Source of the DNA: Planctomycetota bacterium
Lineage (GTDB): Bacteria > Planctomycetota > PLA2 > JAEUHO01
DNA: 64,000 nt
Direction of reading: 5' to 3'
Assembly (NCBI GenBank): GCA_965223505.1
Contig: CBDCWP010000012.1
Span: forward strand, 64,001 to 128,000
In this document: in pieces, positions 1-9,570 of the stretch
Numbering within the stretch: position 1 is the stretch's first letter
Layout of the letters: each line of letters begins with the position of its first letter
Position numbers and translations under genes: made by a program
Notes under the pieces: model-generated
The model's database searches: none
What the model was told of the DNA's origin: nothing
The model's input: only the letters and a program-made list of their open reading frames with translations

Positions 1-751
1 GAAAGCCGAAGTAGACGAGCGGCTTTTGGGAGAGATCCGCCCACTTGGCGCCGCCATCGGTCGTGCGGAACACGCCGCAATGGTTGGCCTGCCACAGCAC
101 GTCCGGGTTCGACGGCGCCATCGTGACGAAGTGCGGGTCGTGTCCGAAGTCGGCATCCGCGTCCTCGGGCTCGAACACCTTCGAGACGCCGTTGTTGCAG
201 TACGCCCACGTCGCGCCGCCGTCCCTCGTCACGGTCGTGCCCGCGCAGGAAACCCCGATCACCATGTGCTCGGCGTCGCGCGGGTCGATGCAAATGGAGT
301 GAATGCCGGCCTGGTCTCGGCCGCCGCCCGTCCACTCGTCGCGAGCGCACATGTCCCAGAGCGGCTGGTTCAGCGCCCACGACGTCCCGTCGTCCGTCGA
401 TTGAAAGAGCCCGCCGGGCTCGGTGCCGATCCAGAACGTATCGGGCGCTTCGGCGTGGCCGGGCTGCAGCACCCAGTAGTACTTGGCCGTCTTGCCGGTG
501 GCCTTCGGGTACTTCGGCGCCTCGACCTCGTCGTAGTCGCCGCCGTCGTTCTTGGAGCGCGCCAGCTTCACGCCCCAGTGGCCGTGATCGAGCGACGCCC
601 AGATCGAGCCGTTGCGCGCGTCGCGCACGGCGTACGGCACCGGTAGTCCCTTCAATGCCGGATGCGACAGCGCCCAACCGTTCGCCCGCTTGCGCGCTTC
701 GATGAGTCCTTTGCGCGTACCGATCAGTACGCGATCGTCCTGCGTTCCCAC
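1..751 (-). CDS. BNR/Asp-box beta-propeller protein (WD40/YVTN, exo-sialidase-like); 3' end runs off the window
   Basis: Translated by hand (absent from ORF track): GTG at 751 after GGAGG; MGTQDDRVLIGTRKGL...LDHGHWGVKLARS...LFQSTDDGTSW...TRDGGATW...NHCGVFRTTDGGAKW, with several S/TxDGGxxW Asp-boxes. Confidence 0.85.
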   Translation of the reverse strand, partial: MGTQDDRVLIGTRKGLIEARKRANGWALSHPALKGLPVPYAVRDARNGSIWASLDHGHWGVKLARSKNDGGDYDEVEAPKYPKATGKTAKYYWVLQPGHAEAPDTFWIGTEPGGLFQSTDDGTSWALNQPLWDMCARDEWTGGGRDQAGIHSICIDPRDAEHMVIGVSCAGTTVTRDGGATWAYCNNGVSKVFEPEDADADFGHDPHFVTMAPSNPDVLWQANHCGVFRTTDGGAKWADLSQKPLVYFGF

Positions 752-772
752 TGGTGTTCCTCCCTGACCGTG

Positions 773-1045
773 CTATCCGCCGGACAACGCTTGCAGGATG
801 TGCACTTCACTCTCCGGTCGTATCGTTCGCTCGAGACAGTCACGTCCTTTGACGCGTTCGCCGTCGATCCAGACGGCCACGTGTTTGCGCAACCGCCCTC
901 CTTCGTCCGTCACGTAGAAGCCGAGCCCCGGCCACCTCTCATCGAGCGTTCCCACCAATTCGCCCAGGGTCCCCGCTTCGGCCTGCGCCGTCTCGGGGAG
1001 CTCGAAGAAGGTGCGCAAGTGTGGGGTGAAGCGGACGAGGGCCAT
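773..1045 (-). CDS. MoaD/ThiS family ubiquitin-like protein
   Basis: 90 aa from MALVRFTPHL; beta-grasp-like; ends in ALSGG (C-terminal Gly-Gly). Confidence 0.9.
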   Translation of the reverse strand: MALVRFTPHLRTFFELPETAQAEAGTLGELVGTLDERWPGLGFYVTDEGGRLRKHVAVWIDGERVKGRDCLERTIRPESEVHILQALSGG

Positions 1046-1224
1046 ACGGCTTCGCTCCTCGACGGGTACGCCGACGTTGTACCGCACGAGAGAATGTTGA
1101 GGAGCCACTAATGTTGCTCGTCCAATTGCGGCGAGACGCGGTCAGTCATAGGACAGCAGGGGCCTGGTCGGGTTCTGGAGGCGATCCGGCAGTGGCGTGC
1201 GGATCGGCGCAGGAGTGTCGCTCA

Positions 1225-1441
1225 GTGCGCGTACTTGTCGTTGAAGACGAACCGACGACCCGCCTTCAGATCGCCGAGACACTCGAGGAAGAGGGCTACG
1301 ACGTCACGGCGGTCACTTCGGGTGAGGATGCGTGGGAAGCGCACAAGTACCGGGGGGGAGCTGCTGCTGAAGTTCGAGAAGATCGGCGTCGGCGCCACGA
1401 GCCCGCATGTTGCCCGAACATCGGGTCGACATGCACGCTAG
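1225..1441 (+). pseudogene. Truncated response-regulator receiver remnant
   Basis: GTG after AGGAG; VRVLVVEDEPTTRLQIAETLEEEGYDVTAVTSGEDAW matches a receiver N-terminus; similarity ends at a G7 run (~1352-1358), before the phosphoacceptor Asp. Confidence 0.5.
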
Positions 1442-1450
1442 CATCCAAGG

Positions 1451-1975
1451 GTGACCACACCCGCCCGTCCACGCCTCGGCGTCTCTGCTTGCCTGCTCGG
1501 CGAACGAGTGCGCTACGACGGTGATCACAAGCGTGACGCCTGGCTCACGAGCGCGGCCGCCGAGCGATTCGAGCTCGTGCCCGTTTGTCCGGAGGTGGAG
1601 CTCGGCATGGGCGTGCCGCGGCCGCCGGTGCGCCTCCAGCAGTTCGGCGGGGCGACGCGTCTCGTGCGCGTCGAAGACGGCGCGGACTTGGGCGCATCGA
1701 TGCGCGCCTACGCCGAGGAGCGCATCGAAGCACTGCGTCGCCTCGGGCTCGGCGGCTTCGTGCTCAAGAGCCGCTCCCCGAGCTGCGGTCGCGGCGACGC
1801 CGCGTTGCACGACTCGGCCGGTCGCCCCATCGGAACGAGCGACGGCGTGTTCGCCGCCGCCCTGGCGGCGCACTGGCCCGAGCTGCCCACGGCGACCGAG
1901 TCCGAGCTTGGCGACGACGATGCGCGCGCGGCGTTCGTCGAACGGGTCGAGCGCTTCGGACGACCGCGGAACTAG
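1451..1975 (+). CDS. DUF523 / 2-thiouracil desulfurase (TudS-like) family protein
   Basis: GVSACLLGERVRYDG, VCPEVELGMGVPRPP and LKSRSPSCG motifs (three conserved Cys). Confidence 0.88.
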   Translation: MTTPARPRLGVSACLLGERVRYDGDHKRDAWLTSAAAERFELVPVCPEVELGMGVPRPPVRLQQFGGATRLVRVEDGADLGASMRAYAEERIEALRRLGLGGFVLKSRSPSCGRGDAALHDSAGRPIGTSDGVFAAALAAHWPELPTATESELGDDDARAAFVERVERFGRPRN

Positions 1976-1978
1976 GGA

Positions 1979-3151
1979 TCAGATCGTCTCGAAGGGTGCG
2001 AACAGCCGCTCGTATTCCTCTTGGGCTTCCCGGTCGGACATCGAAGCGATGTGATCGCAGATCGCGCGTTCCTTGCCGACCTCCTCCGCCCAGCGCCGGT
2101 CTTCGAAGCTGAGCATGCGCGGCTCCTGCTGATACGCGTCGAAGATGCGCTCCAGCAGGTGGCGTGCCTTGCTGCCCATCTTCATCAACCGCGGATGGCA
2201 GTAGAAGTGCTCGTGGAGGTAATGCGAGAGCCGGCGCTGGAGCTTGTTCATCTCCTCCGTGAAGCCGATCAACAGGTGCGGATGGGTCTGTACCTCCGAC
2301 GGCGCGTCGACGTCCGCCTCCGCGATGCGTTCGCTCGACGCGTTCACGAGATCGCTCACGCCGAGGTTGATGATCGACTTCACCGTGGCCAGCACCCGCA
2401 GCCGCGGCGAGAGGCCCGGCTCCGCGCGGCGCGTCTCGTGCCACCGCTCGCGCCAGATCTCGACATCGCAAAGTTGCTCCGCGGTGACGACGCCCGACGC
2501 GATGCCGTCGTCAAGATCATGCGCCAGATAGGTGATCGAGTCGCACACGTCGACGAGCTGGGCTTCGAGCAGCGGCCGGCGTCCGGTCTCGAATCCCAAC
2601 GCTTCCGTGTCGCGCGGGCTGTGGAGCGCGAACGCCTCGCGGACCTCGTAGCTGAGGTTGAGCCCCGGCCAACGCGGATACCGGCGTTCGAGCAGGTCGA
2701 CGACGCGCAGCCCGTGTGCGTTGTGCTCGAAGCCGCCGTGGTCCTTCATCAGGTCCTGCAGGACGTACTCGCCCTTGTGGCCGAACGGCCCGTGTCCCAG
2801 GTCGTGGCTGAGCGCGATCGTCTCGGTCAGGTCCTCGTTGAGGCGCAGCGCCCGCGCGGCCGTGCGCGAGATCTGCGCGACCTCCATCGTGTGGGTCAGC
2901 CGCGTGCGGTAGTAGTCGCCCTCGTTGTTGACGAAGACCTGCGTCTTGTACTCGAGCTTGCGAAACGCCGACGCGTGGATGATGCGGTCGCGGTCGCGCA
3001 TGTAGGTCGTGCGGTAGGCGTGCTCCGGCTCGTCGTGCACCCGGCCGCGCGACTCGCTCGAACGCATCGCCCACGAAGCGAGCTGGGCGGCTTCGCGCGC
3101 CTCGATCTCTTCGCGCGTGATCGGTCCGCCGGCATGCGTCGTTTTCTCCAT
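1979..3151 (-). CDS. dgt: dGTP triphosphohydrolase (HD domain)
   Basis: RDRDRIIH, KTQVF, RTRLTHTMEV, HDLGHGPFGH and FEHN motifs. Confidence 0.95.
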   Translation of the reverse strand: MEKTTHAGGPITREEIEAREAAQLASWAMRSSESRGRVHDEPEHAYRTTYMRDRDRIIHASAFRKLEYKTQVFVNNEGDYYRTRLTHTMEVAQISRTAARALRLNEDLTETIALSHDLGHGPFGHKGEYVLQDLMKDHGGFEHNAHGLRVVDLLERRYPRWPGLNLSYEVREAFALHSPRDTEALGFETGRRPLLEAQLVDVCDSITYLAHDLDDGIASGVVTAEQLCDVEIWRERWHETRRAEPGLSPRLRVLATVKSIINLGVSDLVNASSERIAEADVDAPSEVQTHPHLLIGFTEEMNKLQRRLSHYLHEHFYCHPRLMKMGSKARHLLERIFDAYQQEPRMLSFEDRRWAEEVGKERAICDHIASMSDREAQEEYERLFAPFETI

Positions 3152-3189
3152 CCGGGCAGTGTAAAACGCGGTCGCCTTCCGGAGACACG

Positions 3190-3642
3190 ATGAAGACGGT
3201 CCTGCAGCGGGTTTCGAGCGCTTCGGTTCGTGTCGACGATCGCGTCATCGGCGCGATCGAGCGCGGCGTGCTCTTGCTGGTGGGCGTCGAGCGCGGGGAC
3301 ACGGAAGCGGACGCCGACGTCACCGCGCGCAAGATCGCCGGCTTGCGCATCTTTCCCGGCCGAACGCCCATGGACCTGACGCTCACCGACGTCGGCGGCG
3401 GTTGTCTGGTCGTGAGTCAGTTCACGATCGCGGCGTCGCTGCGCAAGGGCAATCGTCCGAGCTTCGGGCAGGCGGAGGACCCCGCGGCCGCCGAGGCCCT
3501 CTACCTGCGTGTCGCCGAGGGACTGCGTTCGGCGGGCCTCGAGGTGGCGACGGGCGAGTTCGGCGCGGCGATGAACGTGATGCTCGAGAACGACGGTCCG
3601 GTCACCTTGATCGTCGAAGCGCGTGAAGGTCGGATTCGCTGA
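3190..3642 (+). CDS. dtd: D-aminoacyl-tRNA deacylase
   Basis: MKTVLQRV, VSQFT, GNRPSF and NDGPVT motifs. Confidence 0.96.
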   Translation: MKTVLQRVSSASVRVDDRVIGAIERGVLLLVGVERGDTEADADVTARKIAGLRIFPGRTPMDLTLTDVGGGCLVVSQFTIAASLRKGNRPSFGQAEDPAAAEALYLRVAEGLRSAGLEVATGEFGAAMNVMLENDGPVTLIVEAREGRIR

Positions 3643-3803
3643 TGCTCGAGCCGGACGATCCCATCGAGCCGTCGAAGCCGTCCTCGCCGAAACCGCTCAT
3701 CTGGATTGCCGTGCTGCTGCTGGTCGTCGGCGCATTGACGGTGCTCTCGCTGTCCGACGTGTGGGACCGGATCTTCTCGGTGGAGCAGCGCACGGAGCCG
3801 TGA
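3642..3803 (+). CDS. Small single-pass membrane protein (53 aa)
   Basis: TGATG overlap with the dtd stop; MLEPDDPIEPSKPSSPKPLIWIAVLLLVVGALTVLSLSDVWDRIFSVEQRTEP; below the ORF-track cutoff. Confidence 0.6.
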   Translation: MLEPDDPIEPSKPSSPKPLIWIAVLLLVVGALTVLSLSDVWDRIFSVEQRTEP

Positions 3804-3923
3804 AGCCGGCTTGTTCGTTTCCCTTTCGCACGCGCGCGCGCCAGTATCTACGGAATGCGCGGCGCGCATCCGTTTTGCAGACTCTTTGCCGGTTGCGGGT
3901 CGTCGAACAGGTACATCAAAGCC

Positions 3924-6128
3924 ATGCAGGACCGGTCTGACTCGACGCCGCAGAGCTTCGCCGTGTTCGCGTTCGTCGTCTGCCTGTGCCTCGTGCTCGC
4001 GCCGACGCCCGTGGAGTCGTCCGGTTTCCTCGCGCCGAGCCGTGTCGGCGAGCCGGGTGCGCGCGCGTGGGTGCTCGTCTCGCAGCACGTCGACGCCGTC
4101 GTGCAGGGGCCGCACGCCCGCGTAACGCTCGAACAGGCGTTCTCGAACCCGTCCCGGCACTCGCTCTCGACCGAGTATCTCTTTCCCATTCCCGACGGGG
4201 TCGCGCTTGCTTCTCTGTCGCACTTCGACGGATCGCAGTGGCGCAAGGGCGAGATTCTCCGGGAGAGCGCCGCGCGGCGACACATGGAGACCGTGTTGCG
4301 CCGTGTGCGCAATCCCTTGCTCGTCGAGCACATGGGGCGTGACCTCTATCGCGTGCCGCTCGATCCGATCGCGCCGAGCGCGGTGCGCAAGATGACCGTC
4401 AAGTACGAGCAGACGTTGAGCCCCGAAGGGGGGCTCACGGGGTTTCGCTTCCCGCTCCATACCGCGCTGCTGCGCAACCGGCCGGTCGACGAGGTGTCCC
4501 TGCGCGTGAAGATCGATTCGCCGGGTGATCTGGGGCCGATCTACAGCCCGACTCACGACGTCGAGGTCGATCGCCCTTCGAAGCGCGAGGCCGAGGTGCG
4601 CGTAACGCGCGCCATCGAGCCCGGCGAGCCCGAGTTCCAGGTCTTCTGGACGACCACGGCAAGCCGCGTCGGCACGATGCTCATGACCTACTGGCCCAAG
4701 GGCGACGCCCGCGGCTACTTCGTCTACGTCGCGTCCCCGGCCGACGGCGGCGAAGGCCTGTCGAGCCAGCCCAAGGACATCCTCTTTGCCGTCGACACGT
4801 CGGCCTCGATGGCGGGCGACAAGCTGGAGCAGGTCCGCGTCGGGCTCCGCAAGATCATCGCGTCGTTGGGGCCGCAGGATCGGTTCAACGTGCTCGCCTA
4901 CGAGAACGAGGTCGACACGCTGTGGGACGCGGTCGCACCGGCCGACGCCAAGCATCGTGCCGAGGCGCTTTCGTACGTACAGCGTCTGCGCGCGGCCGGC
5001 GGCGCGTCGAACATCGGCGCCGCGATGGAACGCGCCGTATCGGCGCCGTCTTCGCCCGGACGCGTGTCGGCCGTGCTGTTCCTGACGGACGGTCGCCCGA
5101 CCGTCGGCGAGATCGATCCCGCGCAGATCCTGAGCCGCGTTCGCAAGCGCAACAAGTCGGGCGTGCGGGTGTTCGTGCTCGGGGTCGGTGTCGACGTGAA
5201 CAGCGTGTTGCTCGACCGGCTGGCGCTCGACAATGGCGGCATTCCGGCCTACGTGGGACCGCGCGAGGACGTGGAGCGTGAGGTGCTGCGGCTGTATCGC
5301 ACGATTCAGCATCCGGCGCTGACGCGCCTCACGCTCGACCTCGGTGCGATGGACGCCTCCGACCGGCTGCCGACGCAGCTGTCGGACCTCTTCCTGGGGC
5401 GCGAGCAGATCGTCGTCGGCCGTTATGCGCGGGGCGGGCGGACGGAAACCGTCCTGTCCGGAAACGAGGGCGCCGTGCGGCGTTCCTATCACGCGTTGCT
5501 GCGCGCGGGGCGTCGCGGCGACGTGTCGCTGGGCGACTTTCCGGCGCGCGTGTGGGCGCTTCGGCGCATCGCGCAGCGCATCGACCAGGTGCGCCTGCAG
5601 GGCCGCGAAGAGGCCGACATCGTCGAGGAGATCGTCGGCCTGTCCACGCGCTTCGGCATCCTCACCGAGTACACGTCGTTCCTCGCGGAGGAGGGCGTCG
5701 ATCACACGGCGACGCTGGCGAACCGCAAGCGCGCCGGCGAGAACCTGCGCGACCTGCGCGCGCGCTCGACCGGCGGATCGGGCTACGCGCAGGCCGTGAA
5801 CCAGGGCTCGCGCCGCGCCGCGCCGCGCGCGCCACGGCTCCCGACGTTCTATCTGGGCACGTCGGGCGACCGCGACGTCGAGCGCATCGAGGTTCCGGGC
5901 GTTCGTCGCGCGGGCGAGCGCACCTTCTTCTACCGCGGCGCGCAGGGTTGGGTCGACGCCGGTGTCGCCAAGCCGCAGCTGGTGGACGAGGAGATCGCGC
6001 GTTGGTCCGACCGGTTCTTCGAGCTCCTGCGGACGACGTCGCGCCTCGAGAATGCGCGTCTGGCGCAGCGTGGGACCCTGGTGCTCGAGATCGACGGCCG
6101 TGTCGTGCGCATCGTGGATCGAAGCTGA
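3924..6128 (+). CDS. Secreted VIT + vWA domain protein (inter-alpha-trypsin inhibitor-like)
   Basis: Signal peptide; VIT-like region (EQAFSNPS...YLFPIP); MIDAS motif DTSAS; LFLTDG. Confidence 0.88.
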   Translation: MQDRSDSTPQSFAVFAFVVCLCLVLAPTPVESSGFLAPSRVGEPGARAWVLVSQHVDAVVQGPHARVTLEQAFSNPSRHSLSTEYLFPIPDGVALASLSHFDGSQWRKGEILRESAARRHMETVLRRVRNPLLVEHMGRDLYRVPLDPIAPSAVRKMTVKYEQTLSPEGGLTGFRFPLHTALLRNRPVDEVSLRVKIDSPGDLGPIYSPTHDVEVDRPSKREAEVRVTRAIEPGEPEFQVFWTTTASRVGTMLMTYWPKGDARGYFVYVASPADGGEGLSSQPKDILFAVDTSASMAGDKLEQVRVGLRKIIASLGPQDRFNVLAYENEVDTLWDAVAPADAKHRAEALSYVQRLRAAGGASNIGAAMERAVSAPSSPGRVSAVLFLTDGRPTVGEIDPAQILSRVRKRNKSGVRVFVLGVGVDVNSVLLDRLALDNGGIPAYVGPREDVEREVLRLYRTIQHPALTRLTLDLGAMDASDRLPTQLSDLFLGREQIVVGRYARGGRTETVLSGNEGAVRRSYHALLRAGRRGDVSLGDFPARVWALRRIAQRIDQVRLQGREEADIVEEIVGLSTRFGILTEYTSFLAEEGVDHTATLANRKRAGENLRDLRARSTGGSGYAQAVNQGSRRAAPRAPRLPTFYLGTSGDRDVERIEVPGVRRAGERTFFYRGAQGWVDAGVAKPQLVDEEIARWSDRFFELLRTTSRLENARLAQRGTLVLEIDGRVVRIVDRS

Positions 6129-6138
6129 GGAGAGAGTC

Positions 6139-6834
6139 GTGGGAACGGATGCACCCAAGATCCTGATCGTCGAAGACGAACCGGTCCTGGCCGACGGTCT
6201 GGCCGAAGCCCTGAAGTTCCAGGGGTACGAGTGTCGCATCGCGCCCGACGGCCCGGCGGCGCTGGACGCCGCGCGCGAGGAGACGTTCGATCTCATGATC
6301 CTCGACGTGATGCTGCCCGAGCTCAGCGGCTTCGAGGTCATCCAGGCGCTGCGCAAGGACGGCTGGAAGGTCCCGACGATCATGCTGACCGCGAAGGGCT
6401 CGGACGAAGACAAGGTGCGCGGGCTCAAGCTCGGTGCGGACGACTACGTCACCAAGCCGTTCGGCCTTGCGGAGCTCGTCGCGCGCGTCGGCGCGCAGAT
6501 TCGACGCGCGCGGATGGACCGCGGCGACGGCGAGACGTTCGACATCGACGGCGTCACGTTCGATCTCGGACGCCTGCGCGCGGTGCGCGACGGCACCGAC
6601 ATCGATCTCACGCCGCGTGAGGGGGAGATCCTCCGCCATCTGCGATCGCGCGAGGGCAACGTCGTGACGCGCGACGAGTTCCTGCTCGACGTCTGGGGGT
6701 ACCCGACGGCGAACGTCGAGACGCGCACGGTCGACAACACCCTCGCGGCGTTGCGCAAGAAGATCGAGCGCGATCCTGCGCGCCCCGCCATCGTCATCAC
6801 GGTGCGCGGCAAGGGCTATCGGTGGGGCGGGTGA
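6139..6834 (+). CDS. OmpR/PhoB family response regulator
   Basis: ILIVEDE, LDVMLP, MLTAK, GADDYVTKPF; winged-helix TRTVD...VRGKGYR. Confidence 0.95.
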   Translation: MGTDAPKILIVEDEPVLADGLAEALKFQGYECRIAPDGPAALDAAREETFDLMILDVMLPELSGFEVIQALRKDGWKVPTIMLTAKGSDEDKVRGLKLGADDYVTKPFGLAELVARVGAQIRRARMDRGDGETFDIDGVTFDLGRLRAVRDGTDIDLTPREGEILRHLRSREGNVVTRDEFLLDVWGYPTANVETRTVDNTLAALRKKIERDPARPAIVITVRGKGYRWGG

Positions 6835-8672
6835 ACGCCGGCCGCCACCTCCAGCGCCGCCCGTTCCTGGTCTTCGCCGTATTGCTGCTGGGACCGGCGA
6901 TCGGCTTCTGCCTGCTGAGCTGGAACAGCGTTCGACAGGAGCACACGTTCCGACTGCGGGAGATGGACCGTGTCGCGCAAGACGTCCTGCAGCAGCGGCT
7001 GGACGCGACCGTCGCCGATCTCGACCGTCTGCGTACCGTCGAAGAGCAACGGCACTACTACGAGTTCCAGGACCGGTTCATCCCGCGTGAGATCCAATAC
7101 GAGAGCTTCGCGTTCCAGGACAACGCCTTGACCGACCGGTCCGGCGACGAGCGTGTGCTCGGGTGGTTCCAGTGGGAGCTCGGTGCGAAGGGCGTCTTCG
7201 AGGCGCCCCAGGTCTTCGCGCAGGACAAGGACAGGCTGCGACAGGCCATCACGGCGAGCTACGGCCCGTACCTGCGCGGGCAGCTGGCGACGGCCGCGCA
7301 GAAGAGTCTGCTGACGGCGACGCGCGTCGAGTCGTATCCGCTGCACGTGATCGCCGCCAACGAGGAGCGCGGGCAGCTGCAGGAGGAGCTGGATCTCCTG
7401 CAACGCCGTCAGCAGGCGGACGTGCAGGAGATCGCGGGACCCGGCGCGCAGCAGCGCGCGAGCGGGTCCGCCTACATCGACAGCTATCGCCGCCGCATCG
7501 GAACGGAGCAGGTGGAGGTGCGTCGTACGGAGTACCGGTACGTCGCCGCCGACGTGGGGGCGCCCGCGCCGCCGTTGGTCGCGTGGCGTCTCGTCTGGAT
7601 CCCGGCGGCGCACGCTCAGAATCGCGAGGTCAGGCGTGACCGGTGGTTGCTCCAGGGGTACGCCCTCGATCCCTTCATTCGACTCACGGCCGGATGGCAG
7701 CAGGCCGGACAGGCGCAGCTCGCCCGCGTCGGCGCCGTCGACGCGGACGGCGCCGGCCTGTCGCGCGCCTCGCTCGCGGAGGAGATCGACGCCGTGCTCC
7801 TCGCCAACGACGGCGGGCCGGCGGCGCTCGAGCTCGTCGCGCGGCCCGACTACCGCGCGGCCGAAGACGCATGGACGAAGGCGCGCACACGGTTCCTGCT
7901 GCTCATCGGCGCGTTGGTGGTCGTCGTCGCCCTCGGCTTCTTCGTGTTGATGCGCAGCGTGCGCCGTGAGATCGCACTCGCGCGGCGCAAGGAAGACTTC
8001 ATCGCCGCGATCACCCACGAGCTCAAGACGCCGCTGACCGGCATTCGCATGTACGCGGACATGCTCCGTCAGGGGTGGGTGACGAGCACCGAAGCGGCCG
8101 AGGGCTACGCCGACAAGATCCTCGACGAGACGCGCCGATTGGGCAATCTCGTGGACCAGGTATTGGACCTGGCCGCGCTGGAGCGGGGCGTGGCCGAAGC
8201 GAGCGCGGAGCTCGGCGACATCGGCGACGCCGTCGAGCAAGCGGTTGCGTTGATGGCGCCCAAGGCGGCGGAAGCGGGTGTCGAGCTGAACGTCGAGGTC
8301 GAGCCCGATCTGGGTCCCGTCTCGTTCGATCCGAAGCTGCTGCGTCCGCTCGTCTTGAACCTGGTCGACAACGCGATCAAGTACAGCGGACGATCGGACA
8401 CGAAGTCGGTCGACGTCGACGTCGTGAGGGACGGCGAGCGCGTCGTCGTCCGTGTCACGGACCGCGGCGTCGGCATCTCGCGCGAGGCGCGCAAGCAGCT
8501 GTTCGAGCCCTTCCACCGCTCCGGCGACGAGCTGACGCGGGATGCCCCGGGCGTCGGGATCGGCATGGCGCTCGTCAAGCGCTATGCCGACGCGCACCGA
8601 GCGCGGATCCTGGTCGAGAGCGAAGAAGGTCGCGGCACGTCGGTCGCCGTTCGGTTCCCACGAGGGTTGTAG
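6831..8672 (+). CDS. Sensor histidine kinase (2 TM, large periplasmic domain)
   Basis: H-box THELKTPL, N-box NLVDNAIKY, DRGVG, GVGIGMA; GTGA overlap with the regulator. Confidence 0.93.
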   Translation: MNAGRHLQRRPFLVFAVLLLGPAIGFCLLSWNSVRQEHTFRLREMDRVAQDVLQQRLDATVADLDRLRTVEEQRHYYEFQDRFIPREIQYESFAFQDNALTDRSGDERVLGWFQWELGAKGVFEAPQVFAQDKDRLRQAITASYGPYLRGQLATAAQKSLLTATRVESYPLHVIAANEERGQLQEELDLLQRRQQADVQEIAGPGAQQRASGSAYIDSYRRRIGTEQVEVRRTEYRYVAADVGAPAPPLVAWRLVWIPAAHAQNREVRRDRWLLQGYALDPFIRLTAGWQQAGQAQLARVGAVDADGAGLSRASLAEEIDAVLLANDGGPAALELVARPDYRAAEDAWTKARTRFLLLIGALVVVVALGFFVLMRSVRREIALARRKEDFIAAITHELKTPLTGIRMYADMLRQGWVTSTEAAEGYADKILDETRRLGNLVDQVLDLAALERGVAEASAELGDIGDAVEQAVALMAPKAAEAGVELNVEVEPDLGPVSFDPKLLRPLVLNLVDNAIKYSGRSDTKSVDVDVVRDGERVVVRVTDRGVGISREARKQLFEPFHRSGDELTRDAPGVGIGMALVKRYADAHRARILVESEEGRGTSVAVRFPRGL

Positions 8673-8762
8673 GGCGAGCCTCGTGTTGCCCGCGTGGCGC
8701 GCCTCGCTGATCGGGCCGCCACAAGACGAAGTCCCTGAGGCTACGCAGGGGGCTGCCCCTAC
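8669..8762. repeat. GTAG-type REP-like element (degenerate doublet)
   Basis: GTAGGGCGAGCCTCGTGTTGCCC...GGGCCGCCACAAGACGAAGTCCC...GGCTGCCCCTAC; 15 bp at 8721-8735 identical to 22682-22696. Confidence 0.65.
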
Positions 8763-8771
8763 ACTGCCGCC

Positions 8772-9485
8772 GTGTCGATCGCTCCCACCCTCGCCCTGCT
8801 CCTCGCCGCCGACCGCGGGTGGTTCGAGCAGCTCGAGCGCGACATCATCCACCTGCTCAACTGTCGTTTGCACTCGCCCGGCTTCGGTTCGTTCCTCGTC
8901 GCTCTGCAATCGGAGCGATACGCCATCGTCGCGTTCCTGATTGCCGCGGTCGTGATCGCGATCCGCAACCGGCGCGCCGCGCTGCGCGCCACCCTCACGG
9001 CGGCAGGGGCGTTCGGTGTGTGCATGGGGATCGCATCATTGATGTGGGCGACGATCGATCGTACGCGGCCCCCGCATCACTACGACCGTCATCTGACGAC
9101 CGAGGCGGAGTTCGCGGCCTGTGCATCGGATCCGGAGGCGATCTCCCTTCACATGAGCGCCTCCGGCCGGCCGTCGTTCCCGAGTCGCCACGGCATGACG
9201 ATCGGCGCTTTCGTGACGGCGATGTGGCTCGCCTCGCGCTGGGCGGGGATGCTCGCGCTGGTCTACGGGGCGCTCACTGCGGTCGGCCGCGTCTATGCCG
9301 CGAAGCACTGGCCGTCGGACGTGCTCGTCGGCATCGTGATGGGAATCGTCGCGGCGGTTTTCGTATGGCGTTTGCTCCCCTGGTTCGCAGAACGCCTCGG
9401 GCTACGAGGATGGCTCGATCGACACGTCGGGCCCCAGGCCGCGTCCACGGCGTCCGAGCAAGGAGCGACGGAAGAATCCGCTTGA
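8772..9485 (+). CDS. PAP2 family membrane phosphatase
   Basis: RTRP, SFPSRH and GRVYAAKHWPSDV motifs; several TM helices. Confidence 0.88.
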   Translation: MSIAPTLALLLAADRGWFEQLERDIIHLLNCRLHSPGFGSFLVALQSERYAIVAFLIAAVVIAIRNRRAALRATLTAAGAFGVCMGIASLMWATIDRTRPPHHYDRHLTTEAEFAACASDPEAISLHMSASGRPSFPSRHGMTIGAFVTAMWLASRWAGMLALVYGALTAVGRVYAAKHWPSDVLVGIVMGIVAAVFVWRLLPWFAERLGLRGWLDRHVGPQAASTASEQGATEESA

Positions 9486-9570
9486 CGGGGTAGACTGGTG
9501 CCCCGGACCGGGCAGGGTCTGAGCCGCGGATCCCTATTTCTTGGATGTCATCACCCGCCATAGGCTGAAC

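Noticed and set aside
1979..3151. dGTPase as an anti-phage defence gene
   Set aside because: Looks like the short housekeeping Dgt type, sits beside dtd, and has no defence-island context.
3501..6428. Long antisense ORFs (e.g. 975 aa here; 34535..37912, 11583..14015, 19757..21442, 2021..3193)
   Set aside because: Shadow ORFs opposite well-supported genes; expected in high-GC DNA, Arg/Ala-rich and without motifs.
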